The notes below the pieces were generated by a model, which did not search any database, was not told where the DNA came from, and saw nothing but the letters and a program-made list of their open reading frames with translations. A stretch of DNA of 63,339 bases, filler included, from Thraustochytrium aureum (taxonomy: Eukaryota), in assembly GCA_012862495.1 (NCBI GenBank). It is 5 parts of 3 records of this genome, joined end to end, with 100 filler letters (N's around TTAATTAATTAA, not from the genome) between each part and the next. Parts side by side here need not be neighbours in the genome. Positions count along the whole stretch, not along the records: positions 1 to 18,058 come from BLSG01000270.1; 4 more parts are not named here. One strand, given 5' to 3'. Position numbers and translations under genes: made by a program. Positions 1 to 11,296 of this stretch are shown here, piece after piece. Every line of letters starts with the position of its first letter. Position 1 is the stretch's first letter.

Positions 1-293
1 GAGGACGCGACGCGGGTTGTGCGCGGTTGTGCGCGCTGGGCGGACTCAGCGGCTGGCTGGTTGTGCCTGCGCCAGCAGCGCGCACTCGCCACTCGCATGC
101 ACGGACGAGCGCCAAGACTCTGGAGGTTGCGCGCGAGCTGGTGGGCGGGCTGGTTCAGGCTGACGCTGCTGTGCTGCGTGCGGGGCAGGCAGGCGGTCGT
201 CGCGCTTCGTGCTGCGGACGGCCTCCTCGAAAGCCTCGTTCGAGCTCGTTGTTCAGGGTAGAGTAGAGTGCTCTGCCTTGGCGAGGCGAAGGG

Positions 294-2306
294 ATGGACG
301 CGCAAGACGGGCAGGCACGGCGGTACACCGGCGTTGCGTTCAATAAGAAGGAGGGCAAGTGGAAGGCCAGGTACTGCCGGAGCGACGGCAAGCGCGTGTG
401 GGTGAACGAGCTGTTTGAGACTGCCGAAGACGCCGCCCGGGCGTACGACGCCGCCGTCGTGCGCGACGGCCTACCCGCTCAGCAGCTCAACTTTCAAGAC
501 ACGGCCGCCAGGGCGACGGCGGCGCTCAACGGGGCGGAACAGGGGCGATCGTCGCCCGGAGGGATCGAACAGCTGCAGGGCGAGGTCAAGCGTACCAAGC
601 TCGCCAAGCCAGAACCCTCGACGAAGAAACGCAAAGCGAACGAAGCCGTGGCGATGGATACAGAGAATGCGACAACCGAAGCCGCCGCCGCCGCAGCGCC
701 GCCCGGCCAAGAGCCGGAAGGCAGCGGGTGGGAGCAGCCCAAAATGAAGAAGAGCAAAAGGCGCGAGATGGAGAACGCGCTCCGGCAAAAGCTGCAGGCC
801 GCCTCCGCAGCCCAGCAATCTGTCGCGCCCCCCAAGGAAGGCGTCGAGATCGGTTTTGCGCTCCGCGCGGCGGTAGACGTCGAGGCCGTGCGCTCGCCTC
901 TCCTGCGGCGCGTGTTCGGTCTTGTGAACGTCTGCCACGCGCACGAGAGCTTTGCCAAGATCCTGTTCCCGCTGGCCCGCGAGGCGGACGCGCATCGGCA
1001 AAGGTGGGCCATCACGACGCTCCCGAAAGACGATTCAACCCTAGGGGACGAGTTGGCGAGGGCCGACGCGGAGCCCCGTTTGTTTGCGCTTGACTGCGAG
1101 ATGGTAATCTGCCGCGCCGCGGGGTCCAAGTCGTCGACGACGGGAACGTCCACGCTGGCGCGCGTCAGCCTCGTCTTGTGCGAGCCGTCGCTCGGCGAGG
1201 ATGGCGTTGTACAGACCAAGTTTACTACCGTCGTAGACGAGTTTGTTCGCACCCCCGAGGGGCTCGAGGTGGAAGACCATTTGACCCACGTCAGCGGCGT
1301 CACGGCAGAGCATCTACGGGGCGCCACAAAAACGCACGACGAGGCCCGCGCGATGGTGACCGCCGCCTTCGGGCCGCGAGACATTGTCGTCGGGCACTCG
1401 CTTGTCGCCGATTTTGCGGCGCTGAGGCTCTGGCACGGCAATCTCGTGGACACCTCCAGCCTCTGCGCGGTCAAGGGCCTGCCCACCATTATGCTCTCGC
1501 TGAAGGATTTGGCCATGCACGTGTTTAGGTCTGACGATGCGGCGGTGAGTGCGTTCCAGGGTGGGGCTGCGGGCCACGATTCTGTGGCCGACGCCGAATG
1601 GTCGGTCCGGGTGCTGTTCAAGCTCATGGAAACCGCAGACACGGCCAAGCAGCGTCTCCCGCTCCTGCTGGACGACCTCCCCGACCGATTCAAGTCGCGC
1701 CTCTCGTTTCTCAACCTGCCCGCCACGATCGAGGAGAAAACGGTCCGGGCCTTCGTGCAGCACAACTTGGGGTCGCACGCCAAGTCCTCGTTCGAGGTGA
1801 GCGAGTCGCGCAAGCTTGTCCGCAAGGACGGCTCTGTGGTGTCGAACATCGTGGTCGAGTTTGGCGAGCCAGGACCGGCGCGCGCCTTGTTCAACGCCCT
1901 GCGCGTGGCGCAGAGCGGCTGTGGCGGGTACGCCAAGTCTGGTCCTTGCCACGCGGCCGGGTACCCGGACCGCTCAGGCGTGCAGCGCAAGCTGGTTTCT
2001 CTCGGCGGCGGGGAGCTCTGCGAAGTGGTGAGCTACTTTGCTCCGCGGCTGAGCTACCGCAAGACGCTCAATGTCAAGGCCAACGTGTTTGGCCGCATCA
2101 TGGGCAAGGGCGGCCGCACCGTGCAGATGATCCAGCAGGTCTCGGGCTCGCGCATCACCGTGGCGCGCCAGCCCGAGCGTTCCTCCAGCGACCCAGACCT
2201 CGCCGGCTCGGGCGACCTTCTCGTGGAGGCCGACTCGATCCCCAAGCTCGAGGTGGCGGTGCGCTTGGTGCACAAAGCCATGCGCCGCGAGTTGGACCTC
2301 AATTAG
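294..2306 (+). CDS. AP2 domain + DEDDh (REX-family) 3'-5' exonuclease + RRM-like + KH domain fusion protein
   Basis: Intact 670-aa ORF. AP2 signature RYTGVAFNKKEGKWKARY...FETAEDAARAYD; exonuclease motifs ALDCEM, VGHSLVADF and HDSVADA; RRM-like LSFLNLPATIEEKTVRAF...VVEF; KH loop GRIMGKGGRTVQMIQQVSGSRITV. Confidence 0.85.
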   Translation: MDAQDGQARRYTGVAFNKKEGKWKARYCRSDGKRVWVNELFETAEDAARAYDAAVVRDGLPAQQLNFQDTAARATAALNGAEQGRSSPGGIEQLQGEVKRTKLAKPEPSTKKRKANEAVAMDTENATTEAAAAAAPPGQEPEGSGWEQPKMKKSKRREMENALRQKLQAASAAQQSVAPPKEGVEIGFALRAAVDVEAVRSPLLRRVFGLVNVCHAHESFAKILFPLAREADAHRQRWAITTLPKDDSTLGDELARADAEPRLFALDCEMVICRAAGSKSSTTGTSTLARVSLVLCEPSLGEDGVVQTKFTTVVDEFVRTPEGLEVEDHLTHVSGVTAEHLRGATKTHDEARAMVTAAFGPRDIVVGHSLVADFAALRLWHGNLVDTSSLCAVKGLPTIMLSLKDLAMHVFRSDDAAVSAFQGGAAGHDSVADAEWSVRVLFKLMETADTAKQRLPLLLDDLPDRFKSRLSFLNLPATIEEKTVRAFVQHNLGSHAKSSFEVSESRKLVRKDGSVVSNIVVEFGEPGPARALFNALRVAQSGCGGYAKSGPCHAAGYPDRSGVQRKLVSLGGGELCEVVSYFAPRLSYRKTLNVKANVFGRIMGKGGRTVQMIQQVSGSRITVARQPERSSSDPDLAGSGDLLVEADSIPKLEVAVRLVHKAMRRELDLN

Positions 2307-3119
2307 AAGCGACCATTTTCCCACAGACCTCGTGCATGATGAAATAAACCCCGCAGTCCGTTGATCGATCGGACCCGAGCCCCGTGCCGTCGCGCCTCGC
2401 TTGGGCGGGTCGCGCGCGGCCAAGTCTGCGACCAGGTCCCTGACGAAGGGCAATAATCTGCGAACTCGACGCCCATGCAACCGACACAGATTATTTTCAT
2501 GGACCACACATCGACATACTACCTACCAAGAGNNNNNNNNNNNNNNNNNNNNNNNNNNNNNNNNNNNNNNNNNNNNNNNNNNNNNNNNNNNNNNNNNNNN
2601 NNNNNNNNNNNNNNNNNNNNNNNNNNNNNNNNNNNNNNNNNNNNNNNNNNNNNNNNNNNNNNNNNNNNNNNNNNNNNNNNNNNNNNNNNNNNNNNNNNNN
2701 NNNNNNNNNNNNNNNNNNNNNNNNNNNNNNNNNNNNNNNNNNNNNNNNNNNNNNNNNNNNNNNNNNNNNNNNNNNNNNNNNNNNNNNNNNNNNNNNNNNN
2801 NNNNNNNNNNNNNNNNNNNNNNNNNNNNNNNNNNNNNNNNNNNNNNNNNNNNNNNNNNNNNNNNNNNNNNNNNNNNNNNNNNNNNNNNNNNNNNNNNNNN
2901 NNNNNNNNNNNNNNNNNNNNNNNNNNNNNNNNNNNNNNNNNNNNNNNNNNNNNNNNNNNNNNNNNNNNNNNNNNNNNNNNNNNNNNNNNNNNNNNNNNNN
3001 NNNNNNNNNNNNNNNNNNNNNNNNNNNNNNNNNNNNNNNNNNNNNNNNNNNNNNNNNNNNNNNNNNNNNNNNNNNNNNNNNNNNNNNNNNNNNNNNNNNN
3101 NNNNNNNNNNNNNNNNNNN

Positions 3120-3907
3120 CACTACCAGTACAACCCGATCAAGACCATGAAGGTTTCATTCATGGGCGCGCTCAACATGCTCGGGCTCGCCAAGCGCGTC
3201 AAGGCGCGCATCCTGCAGGCCTCAACGAGCGAGGTGTACGGCGACCCCAACATCTCGCCGCAGCCCGAGTCGTACTGGGGCCACGTCAACCCGATCGGCG
3301 TGCGGTCGTGCTACGACGAGGGCAAGCGCGCGGCCGAAACGCTGTTCATGGACTACCACCGCCAGAACAAGGTAGACATCCGCATCATCCGCATCTTCAA
3401 CACGTACGGGCCTGGCATGAACCCGTACGACGGCCGCGTCGTGTCCAACTTTATCATGCAAGCGCTCCACAACGAGGACATCACAATCTATGGCGACGGC
3501 TCGCAGACGCGCTCGTTCTGCTTTGTGGATGACCTCGTGGAGGGGTGGTCCGCTTGATGAACCAGGAAGAGACCGTCGGTCCGGTCAACGTTGGCAACCC
3601 GGACGAGTTTACCATCAAGGAACTCGCAGAGACAGTTGTGGAGATGACGGGCTCGACTTCGAAAATCTCGTACCTTCCGCTCCCCAACGACGACCCCAAG
3701 CAGCGCAAGCCGGACATCTCGCGCGCCAAGGAGGTGCTCGACTGGGAGCCAAAGGTCAAGCTCCGCCAGGGCCTCGAGAAGACCATTGCGTATTTCAAGA
3801 GCATCGATCTGCGCCGCTACAAGAAGCCCACCGAGCACACAGCGCACGCCAACTCGGAGGCCGACGCCAAGCCGCGCCCCAGCAAGCGCCAGAAGGCCTC
3901 TAGCTAG
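3120..3907 (+). CDS. UXS1: UDP-glucuronate decarboxylase (UDP-xylose synthase); 5' end in gap, apparent frameshift at ~3545
   Basis: [46 protein letters not shown] and [10 protein letters not shown] in one frame. It continues in the next frame as [15 protein letters not shown]...[13 protein letters not shown]. Confidence 0.95.
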
Positions 3908-4069
3908 AGGCCGGCCCGCTCACGCAGTCTCGTCGATTGCAAGGGGTCGCGCAGCCCAAGGAGAGCGCAAGCCCCAGCAACCTGGGCGGAAACACATCTC
4001 CCTCGCGCCACGCACATCCCTCCAGAGCTCCAGAGAATTAGAGAGGAATTGAAATCTTTTTTCTTAAAA

Positions 4070-5113
4070 TCAAGTCGACGATGGCGACCAGGCCGCGCCG
4101 CTGGGGCTTGGGGGCTCGTTCCCCGCGTCCGCCTCGGCAGCGGCCGCGTGGACCGAGGAAAATTTGCGCCGCAGCGCCAGCTCGATGTATTCGGCGTCAG
4201 ACCTCGCCATCGAGGGGCTTCGGTCGAGGCCCTGGGCGACGCGCTGCCTCTTGGCGGCTCGTTTCCTCGGCGTCCCGCCTGGGGAGCGCTCCAGCAGCGT
4301 CGTGCGTNNNNNNNNNNNNNNNNNNNNNNNNNNNNNNNNNNNNNNNNNNNNNNNNNNNNNNNNNNNNNNNNNNNNNNNNNNNNNNNNNNNNNNNNNNNNN
4401 NNNNNNNNNNNNNNNNNNNNNNNNNNNNNNNNNNNNNNNNNNNNNNNNNNNNNNNNNNNNNNNNNNNNNNNNNNNNNNNNNNNNNNNNNNNNNNNNNNNN
4501 NNNNNNNNNNNNNNNNNNNNNNNNNNNNNNNNNNNNNNNNNNNNNNNNNNNNNNNNNNNNNNNNNNNNNNNNNNNNNNNNNNNNNNNNNNNNNNNNNNNN
4601 NNNNNNNNNNNNNNNNNNNNNNNNNNNNNNNNNNNNNNNNNNNNNNNNNNNNNNNNNNNNNNNNNNNNNNNNNNNNNNNNNNNNNNNNNNNNNNNNNNNN
4701 NNNNNNNNNNNNNNNNNNNNNTCGTTTCCTGCACGGCCCGGCGCACGTGCTTGGCAACTTGGACGCACTGGGACTTGCGAACGCAGAGTTCGGCGCCCAG
4801 CCGAACCCGCACCCGAACCGCGAACGCGGCAAGCTGCTTGCAAACGTGCGCTTTCATTTTGGAGAGCTTTGAGCGCGCGAGCGCGCAGACGGCCCCCCTC
4901 CGCGCAGCCCGCCGTTGGCCGTCACGTTCGGCAGCGTGCCCAGCGCTCGCCGCCCCTTGCAGGGTCACATATTTCCGCTTCGTCCTCGCAACAATCGCTC
5001 TGGGCGCCTTTGCGGGCGACTGCAGCGCAGCGAAGCGGTTGGCTCTCGCAGAGCAGCGGGCCACAGCGCCAGCCGTCCCCGCGTCTCGCCCATTCGGGTG
5101 AAACCGCGCCATG
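4070..5113 (-). CDS. Hypothetical protein spanning an N gap
   Basis: Open frame from an ATG at ~5113 into the gap, and a plausible C-terminal frame after it (DAEYIELALRRKF...). No family recognised. Confidence 0.3.
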
Positions 5114-6827
5114 GCAAAGAACTTCGCGCGCACGCGTGTCTCGGCCCGCCGCACTCTGCGTCTGGTGTCTGCCGCCGCAATCGGTGGGCCGCCGCTGGGC
5201 TCGACAACCGAAAGGAGGCGAGCGCGGCCGAGGCACGTCGCGTCAACGCCGCGTTCGACGGACCAGTCAGCGGGGTGCGTGGTGGATAAGGAGGAGTACT
5301 CTACGTAAGTGCTCACTCTGGTCACTCCTCCACGCGCGCGCAAGTCGCCGCAGCGCGCGGCTGTCGGCATCCGCTCCGTTCCAAGCGGGCCCAACTGACA
5401 GGTGCGGCGCGGCGGTTTTCCTGGCAGTTCTGCGCCAAGAAAACCGCCAGAGTCCGACCAGTTCTTGCGATGCCCGCGCGGCGCGATGCTTGCTCATCGG
5501 GGCAGGGCGCGCTTGGGCGCGCAGCAGGCCGGCCGTCGGGCAGACTGGTACCGGTCGGTGCCCGGATCGTTCTCTTTCGATGCAGCCCTGGAGAGGCGTG
5601 AAGGCGTGCGCACCACCCGCATTGGCACTGATGCGCTGCCACACAGCAAGCGAGCAACCTTTCACTGGAAGCCACGGGAACCCCCTGGCCTCGCACGTCC
5701 CTCAAGCCGACGAGCACTCCCGGCAGGCCGCTGCGGGCCTCGCATCCCCTGGCCCGTCCTGGCGAACAGGCCCCGCACCAACCTCAAGCTCAGCCTGCCT
5801 GCGCCCCAGCATCGCACATTCCCCGAACCCCCACGTTGCGCTCGACCGGGAGAAGCCATGCGCGAGCTGAGCCCATGGCGCGAGCAGCCGTCGCGACTCG
5901 CGGAGGAGCACAAGCACCTCACCAGCCACCCCGGGCTTCATCACCCGGCAGTCGTTGCTGCTTCCACGCGGAGTACCTACAGTCAGTAAAGTACTCCGTA
6001 GAGTCCGCACTCTCGCGCCGCGGAGTCTTTCGCAGCAATCGCATCCGCGCGAGGGCAGAGCCGTGCGTTGGCGCGCACGTCGTCCTCTTGCTCGATCCCG
6101 GCGCTTCCCAGCCCTCCTGCAAGGCAGGCAACGCCAGTCCCGGCCGCCCAAGCGAGCAGCACTCGGCCTGAAACCAACTCTTGCGACCATCATCCGGCCT
6201 CGTGTGCGAAGGCGCCAGAACAGGAACAGCAAGGAGACAGCACGAGGCCCGCCNNNNNNNNNNNNNNNNNNNNNNNNNNNNNNNNNNNNNNNNNNNNNNN
6301 NNNNNNNNNNNNNNNNNNNNNNNNNNNNNNNNNNNNNNNNNNNNNNNNNNNNNNNNNNNNNNNNNNNNNNNNNNNNNNNNNNNNNNNNNNNNNNNNNNNN
6401 NNNNNNNNNNNNNNNNNNNNNNNNNNNNNNNNNNNNNNNNNNNNNNNNNNNNNNNNNNNNNNNNNNNNNNNNNNNNNNNNNNNNNNNNNNNNNNNNNNNN
6501 NNNNNNNNNNNNNNNNNNNNNNNNNNNNNNNNNNNNNNNNNNNNNNNNNNNNNNNNNNNNNNNNNNNNNNNNNNNNNNNNNNNNNNNNNNNNNNNNNNNN
6601 NNNNNNNNNNNNNNNNNNNNNNNNNNNNNNNNNNNNNNNNNNNNNNNNNNNNNNNNNNNNNNNNNNNNNNNNNNNNNNNNNNNNNNNNNNNNNNNNNCTG
6701 GCATCGAGCCCGTCCACGCGCCTGAGTGGCCGCAGCGAGGGAGGCCGTGGTGGGTCAGAGAGCAAGTTTGCGGTCGAGGCCGTCCGTGAGATCCTGACTG
6801 GGCCTTTACCAGGGTCGTAGCCGATTC

Positions 6828-8603
6828 ATGTATGTGTCCAACATTCCTGGGGCAATGGGGCCGAGCGAGACGGGGGCCGGCGTGCGGAGAAGACCCGATC
6901 TGGGGCTAGTGTGCAAGCTCTTGCTGAAGCACCAGCTGAAAATGCGATTTAATGGATCGCACAAGGCAGAGCACAGTAGCGACGTTCTGCGGGCGCTTGA
7001 GGAGTTGGACGCCGCAAGTTTCGCCGTCGAGCTTCACCCCAGCTACGGGGGAAGCGCAGAAAAAGTCAGAGTTTGGTTTGGCAACGCTGAGCGCGCACCC
7101 GAAGAGAGCCACGGCATCTTGCAGCCCCAAGCGTCTGTTCACTGGGACGCGGGCGAGGAGGAGAGCCAGATGCCCATGAGCAGCGTGTACCTCGCCCCGT
7201 TTGGTCCAACAGGTTGTTCATGCAAGGCGCGAGGCACTTGTACAGTCTGCCGCATCCCGGAGCGCGTGAGGGCGACGGCGGTGGTCTTCAAGCTGAGCCA
7301 TACCGTGTTCTGCATCTTCTCGGGCATCCCGGAAAAGCTCGAAGACGTTTTGGTGGCAGCCTACGAGGGTCAGCGGCCCGACGATTGCACCACACAGCCG
7401 TCCATACCCCTTGCCAGTTACACCAACACCAACGCTCGTGGCGCGAACATCAGCAGCAGCAGCAGCAGCAACAGCAACAACAATAACAACAACAACGACA
7501 GCACGGACGCCCCAAGCCAACAAGACGGGGATATTTGCCGCCCGTGCGGAGTTCGTGCAAGGGTGCACGCATGGTTTGCCTGCGCCGAGCACGGTGCGGG
7601 AGGACATGGCGGAATCGCCAGACATTGTGGGGAGGAGCCTCAAGCACGCTGCCAGCAACTACAGCGCGGGCTCGGCCTCCTCGCCCGCGGAATCGATCGA
7701 AGCCTTGCCAGAAAGTCTGCACCAAAACAGTACCGGCTCGTTGCCGGGGGCAGCAGGGCGTTTGATCAGCCAGCAGGCCCTCCAGGCCCATCGCAGCTGG
7801 GCGGGCGCGCAATCGAGTCGCTTATTGACCAGGTTGCGGAGACCTTGACCTGCACGGGGTCGCTGCTTCCGATAGATCTGTTTGCGATGGTGCCGAGCGT
7901 CAAGGCCACGTTCCCGAGTCGGTCCATCGCCCGGCTTGTGCAGTGCTCGGGTGGGCGACTCCACTTTGACGGCGTGCGGCTCTCCGCTACAGAGGGGGCA
8001 GCAGGTAACAGTGCGGCGCAGAGCAGGCCTGCGCCAGCTGTCCACGGCGAGCGCAACGCCAACCTCCTAGTGGATCGGACGGTGCTAACGCTGCATCGCA
8101 CGGGTACGGTGACCCATCACGAGCTGCTCGAGCTGCTGCCCGAAATCAAGGCCGTGTACCCTGCCCGCTCGATCGCTCGGCTGGTTGAGCACTCTGGCGG
8201 CAAACTGTTCTTTGACGGCCTCCGGGTCTCGACGACGGTGCCGCCGCCGCAGAGCGCGGGGAGCGCCTTTGTCGGGCTCAAAGTGGGCGAGAACGCAATC
8301 AAGGCCATGGTTGACCGAACGGTGGCGACTCTTCGGGAGACGGGCGCGATGACGCACCAGGACCTGCTTGCGTTCGTTCCAGAGATCAAGACGCTTTTTC
8401 CGAAGCGGGCCGTGGCGCGTCTGCTGGAAAACTCGGACGGGCGCCTCAGCTTTGACGGCGTCCATATCTCGGCTTCTCCTCCCGCTGCTACGACGCGGTC
8501 CGTACCGGGCAACTACCTGGGCGCCAGTTTTGGGAGTCGGGCCGGGGAGGCCGGTGCGTCGCGCAATGTCTGGCAAGTCAACTCGAACACGTGGAGTATC
8601 TGA
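6828..8603 (+). CDS. Hypothetical protein with three C-terminal ~57-aa tandem repeats (winged-helix/LOTUS-like); true start probably upstream
   Basis: 591-aa ORF with three copies of [LM][IV]D....TL..TG......L....P.[IV]K..[FY]P.R.[IV]ARL...S.G[RK]L.FDG at ~7809-7988, 8061-8234 and 8295-8474, plus a Ser/Asn linker. Confidence 0.7.
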   Translation: MYVSNIPGAMGPSETGAGVRRRPDLGLVCKLLLKHQLKMRFNGSHKAEHSSDVLRALEELDAASFAVELHPSYGGSAEKVRVWFGNAERAPEESHGILQPQASVHWDAGEEESQMPMSSVYLAPFGPTGCSCKARGTCTVCRIPERVRATAVVFKLSHTVFCIFSGIPEKLEDVLVAAYEGQRPDDCTTQPSIPLASYTNTNARGANISSSSSSNSNNNNNNNDSTDAPSQQDGDICRPCGVRARVHAWFACAEHGAGGHGGIARHCGEEPQARCQQLQRGLGLLARGIDRSLARKSAPKQYRLVAGGSRAFDQPAGPPGPSQLGGRAIESLIDQVAETLTCTGSLLPIDLFAMVPSVKATFPSRSIARLVQCSGGRLHFDGVRLSATEGAAGNSAAQSRPAPAVHGERNANLLVDRTVLTLHRTGTVTHHELLELLPEIKAVYPARSIARLVEHSGGKLFFDGLRVSTTVPPPQSAGSAFVGLKVGENAIKAMVDRTVATLRETGAMTHQDLLAFVPEIKTLFPKRAVARLLENSDGRLSFDGVHISASPPAATTRSVPGNYLGASFGSRAGEAGASRNVWQVNSNTWSI

Positions 8604-9880
8604 GCTGGGGCCAAAGAGAGCGTGCGTCGATGAGGCTTGGGGCGCTCGTCCGCACGCTCGCTCTAACGCGGAGGCGCGACCGTGGCGCCAGAGCAGTGTC
8701 TTGGGTTCTTGTTGTTGTAAAACTGATCCAATCCGGCTTCCGCGTCGCTTNNNNNNNNNNNNNNNNNNNNNNNNNNNNNNNNNNNNNNNNNNNNNNNNNN
8801 NNNNNNNNNNNNNNNNNNNNNNNNNNNNNNNNNNNNNNNNNNNNNNNNNNNNNNNNNNNNNNNNNNNNNNNNNNNNNNNNNNNNNNNNNNNNNNNNNNNN
8901 NNNNNNNNNNNNNNNNNNNNNNNNNNNNNNNNNNNNNNNNNNNNNNNNNNNNNNNNNNNNNNNNNNNNNNNNNNNNNNNNNNNNNNNNNNNNNNNNNNNN
9001 NNNNNNNNNNNNNNNNNNNNNNNNNNNNNNNNNNNNNNNNNNNNNNNNNNNNNNNNNNNNNNNNNNNNNNNNNNNNNNNNNNNNNNNNNNNNNNNNNNNN
9101 NNNNNNNNNNNNNNNNNNNNNNNNNNNNNNNNNNNNNNNNNNNNNNNNNNNNNNNNNNNNNNNNNNNNNNNNNNNNNNNNNNNNNNNNNNNNNNNNNNNN
9201 NNNNNNNNNNNNNNNNNNNNNNNNNNNNNNNNNNNNNNNNNNNNNNNNNNNNNNNNNNNNNNNNNNNNNNNNNNNNNNNNNNNNNNNNNNNNNNNNNNNN
9301 NNNNNNNNNNNNNNNNNNNNNNNNNNNNNNNNNNNNNNNNNNNNNNNNNNNNNNNNNNNNNNNNNNNNNNNNNNNNNNNNNNNNNNNNNNNATAAAACCA
9401 CAACCTCCAATCCGATGTGAAGCCCACGAAAAAAGAATCGCCAGTCTCCGACCCCGAATAGCCGCAACGAGCGGCCCGATCGCCCCTCCACTCGCGCCAC
9501 CCGCTGCCCATCCCACAGCCACTCGCTTCCTTGCCGACAACACTGTGTACTACAAAGCGCAGCCCGCCCGTCCGCCGCGCCAACCTCGTATCCCATCCTC
9601 CCTCCATCCATCCATCCATCCACCCGCCAACCCACCAACCCGCATCGTTCTTTCGACGAAAAAAAAGAAAAGAGCAACCAACCAAGCATCACACACTCAC
9701 ACACGGCAAAGCGCAAGACAGGAGCTGGCTCGCGTTGGAGGCCCTGCGCGGCACCGATCTCGCGCGACGCCCGTCTCTTCCAACCCCAACCCCACCTCGC
9801 CCGCAGCCGCCGCCGCCCCCTGGGCCCGCCCATCCACATAGGGTGGCGCGAGCCACTAGTTGGCCCAACGGCGCGGCGGC

Positions 9881-10227
9881 TCACTTCTTGGCGTTCTTCG
9901 GGTTGCGCGGCGGCGTGGCAGGGCGCGCTCCGCCGCCGGCCCCTGGGCCGCCCGCGGCTGCGTTGTTGACGCCGCCGTACGTGTACCGGTGCTTCTTCTC
10001 TGCGGGCTTGAGGATCTGAAAGCTGCACATGAGCGTGTCGTCGACGCTCATCATGGCGCCCGCGTTGTCGAACTCGCCGCAGTAGTTTGGCGCGGAGAAG
10101 AGCGTGACGAGCTGGCGCTTGGCGAAAAACTCGTAGCCGTCCTCGACGACCTGGTGCGCGCGGCAGACGAGGTCGAGGTCGTGTTTCTTGAGGAACATCT
10201 GCACGACGTCGGGGCCGAACGTGAACG
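9881..10227 (-). CDS. PPP1C: Ser/Thr protein phosphatase PP1 catalytic subunit, C-terminal part (remainder in gap)
   Basis: FTFGPDVV...[57 protein letters not shown] is nearly identical to canonical PP1. Confidence 0.97.
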
Positions 10228-11251
10228 ANNNNNNNNNNNNNNNNNNNNNNNNNNNNNNNNNNNNNNNNNNNNNNNNNNNNNNNNNNNNNNNNNNNNNNNN
10301 NNNNNNNNNNNNNNNNNNNNNNNNNNNNNNNNNNNNNNNNNNNNNNNNNNNNNNNNNNNNNNNNNNNNNNNNNNNNNNNNNNNNNNNNNNNNNNNNNNNN
10401 NNNNNNNNNNNNNNNNNNNNNNNNNNNNNNNNNNNNNNNNNNNNNNNNNNNNNNNNNNNNNNNNNNNNNNNNNNNNNNNNNNNNNNNNNNNNNNNNNNNN
10501 NNNNNNNNNNNNNNNNNNNNNNNNNNNNNNNNNNNNNNNNNNNNNNNNNNNNNNNNNNNNNNNNNNNNNNNNNNNNNNNNNNNNNNNNNNNNNNNNNNNN
10601 NNNNNNNNNNNNNNNNNNNNNNNNNNNNNNNNNNNNNNNNNNNNNNNNNNNNNNNNNNNNNNNNNNNNNNNNNNNNNNNNNNNNNNNNNNNNNNNNNNNN
10701 NNNNNNNNNNNNNNNNNNNNNNNNNNNNNNNNNNNNNNNNNNNNNNNNNNNNNNNNNNNNNNNNNNNNNNNNNNNNNNNNNNNNNNNNNNNNNNNNNNNN
10801 NNNNNNNNNNNNNNNNNNNNNNNNNNNNNNNNNNNNNNNNNNNNNNNNNNNNNNNNNNNNNNNNNNNNNNNNNNNNNNNNNNNNNNNNNNNNNNNNNNNN
10901 NNNNNNNNNNNNNNNNNNNNNNNNNNNNNNNNNNNNNNNNNNNNNNNNNNNNNNNNNNNNNNNNNNNNNNNNNNNNNNNNNNNNNNNNNNNNNNNNNNNN
11001 NNNNNNNNNNNNNNNNNNNNNNNNNNNNNNNNNNNNNNNNNNNNNNNNNNNNNNNNNNNNNNNNNNNNNNNNNNNGCTCAGGTATGCCCTTTTTTACGCT
11101 TTTGACCCGCAGGCTTTGTCCAGGCCTGGCCGTTCGCCCTCTCGCTGCGGCGGGCTCGGCCGTGCTGGGCGGAACGGGTCTTGAGCGGTTGTATAAATAT
11201 TGTGGGCCGCTGACTTCTTTTCCCTCTCTTTCGCGCGGGTCTGGGTCGGTG

Positions 11252-11296
11252 TCTGTCTCTCTCTCTCTCTCTCTCGCTCTCGCTCTCTCGCTCTCT
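11252..11296. repeat. (CT)n / (CTCG)n microsatellite
   Basis: The tract tctgtctctctctctctctctctcgctctcgctctctcgctctc is visible directly. Confidence 0.8.

Noticed and set aside
2401..3150. Long ORFs running through N tracts, here and elsewhere
   Set aside because: Their length comes from translating N as X and is not evidence of coding.
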